This document shows, piece by piece, positions 63,431-64,000 of a stretch of 64,000 nucleotides of DNA (the stretch's first letter is position 1; each line of letters starts with the position of its first letter). A program made the translations under genes and the position numbers. The DNA lies in the NCBI RefSeq assembly GCF_006345805.1, contig NC_043006.1, forward strand, positions 59,272,001 through 59,336,000, in the 5' to 3' direction. This stretch comes from Octopus sinensis. Lineage: Eukaryota. The notes beneath the pieces were generated by a model. That model had not been told where the DNA came from. It made no database searches and saw only the letters and a list, made by a program, of their open reading frames with translations.

Positions 63431-64000
63431 GCTGAGGCTGGAGTAGAAAAGAGAGGGGAGAATCGACAAGTATGTTTAGCTGTTTTGGCAACACAATGAA
63501 GAGTAAAGGGTGGCGATTCCTTGAGAAGACACGGAAATTGGTTGTGAGTCTTGTTTGAGTGTCTGGCTCAGAGCTAACTCGATTGAACTAAATGGTTGAA
63601 CATGGATCTATCATGTATATACCATGTGAAGAAAAAAAAACTGAAATATTGAATGGTTTGCATTAAGAAACACCATTGCAAAAAATATATTAATGTCTAA
63701 AGTTGAAAATGTAATAAATATAAATAAATACCCGGTTCACCCAGGCATTTATGGATAAATATAAATAAACAATCTGAAATGAAAGACTATAGTATTTCCC
63801 ATTCAGTTTGCTCATTTGCAAAATAACATAAACTAGCATTATCTTTCTAGTTGCGTGGGTCCGATTATTTTCTTAATACCGATTATCAAAGGGCACAAGT
63901 TTAAAAAGAGCATCAATAGCAACAACCTTACTATGAAATACATGTGGATAGCAAAGAAGTGAAGCAATCATCTGGATTAACGAATATTAATTGGGTGTAT

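Overview
AT-rich, microsatellite-laden eukaryotic DNA with no confidently identifiable host gene and one 100-N gap (58773-58872). The SINE families and repeat landscape look like a coleoid cephalopod, most likely Octopus (inference from recalled repeat motifs, not a database match). The window is mostly mobile DNA: three tRNA-derived SINE families; fragments of RTE, CR1, R4/Dong and L1/Tx1 LINEs; three maT-like Tc1/mariner relics; Helentron/HINE-like and hAT-like non-autonomous elements. Four things stand out. (1) Several sequence-unrelated small elements carry type I hammerhead ribozymes that fold by hand (CUGAUGA...GAAA...UH, palindromic helix III). Most sit in head-to-head foldbacks or terminally redundant units, as expected for Penelope-like pseudo-LTRs or retrozymes; they include a tRNA-headed SINE with a hammerhead tail and a 473-nt tandem unit. 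(2) Tx1-like ORF1-only (half-LINE) elements are nested or tandem with TSD-like junctions and share 3' tails with a SINE family and an ORF2 relic. (3) Two R4/Dong-like LINE pieces abut (CATA)n on their sense strand. (4) A near-perfect foldback has arms made of tRNA-like Pol III cassettes. All structures were derived by eye; repeat boundaries are approximate unless a TSD is quoted.
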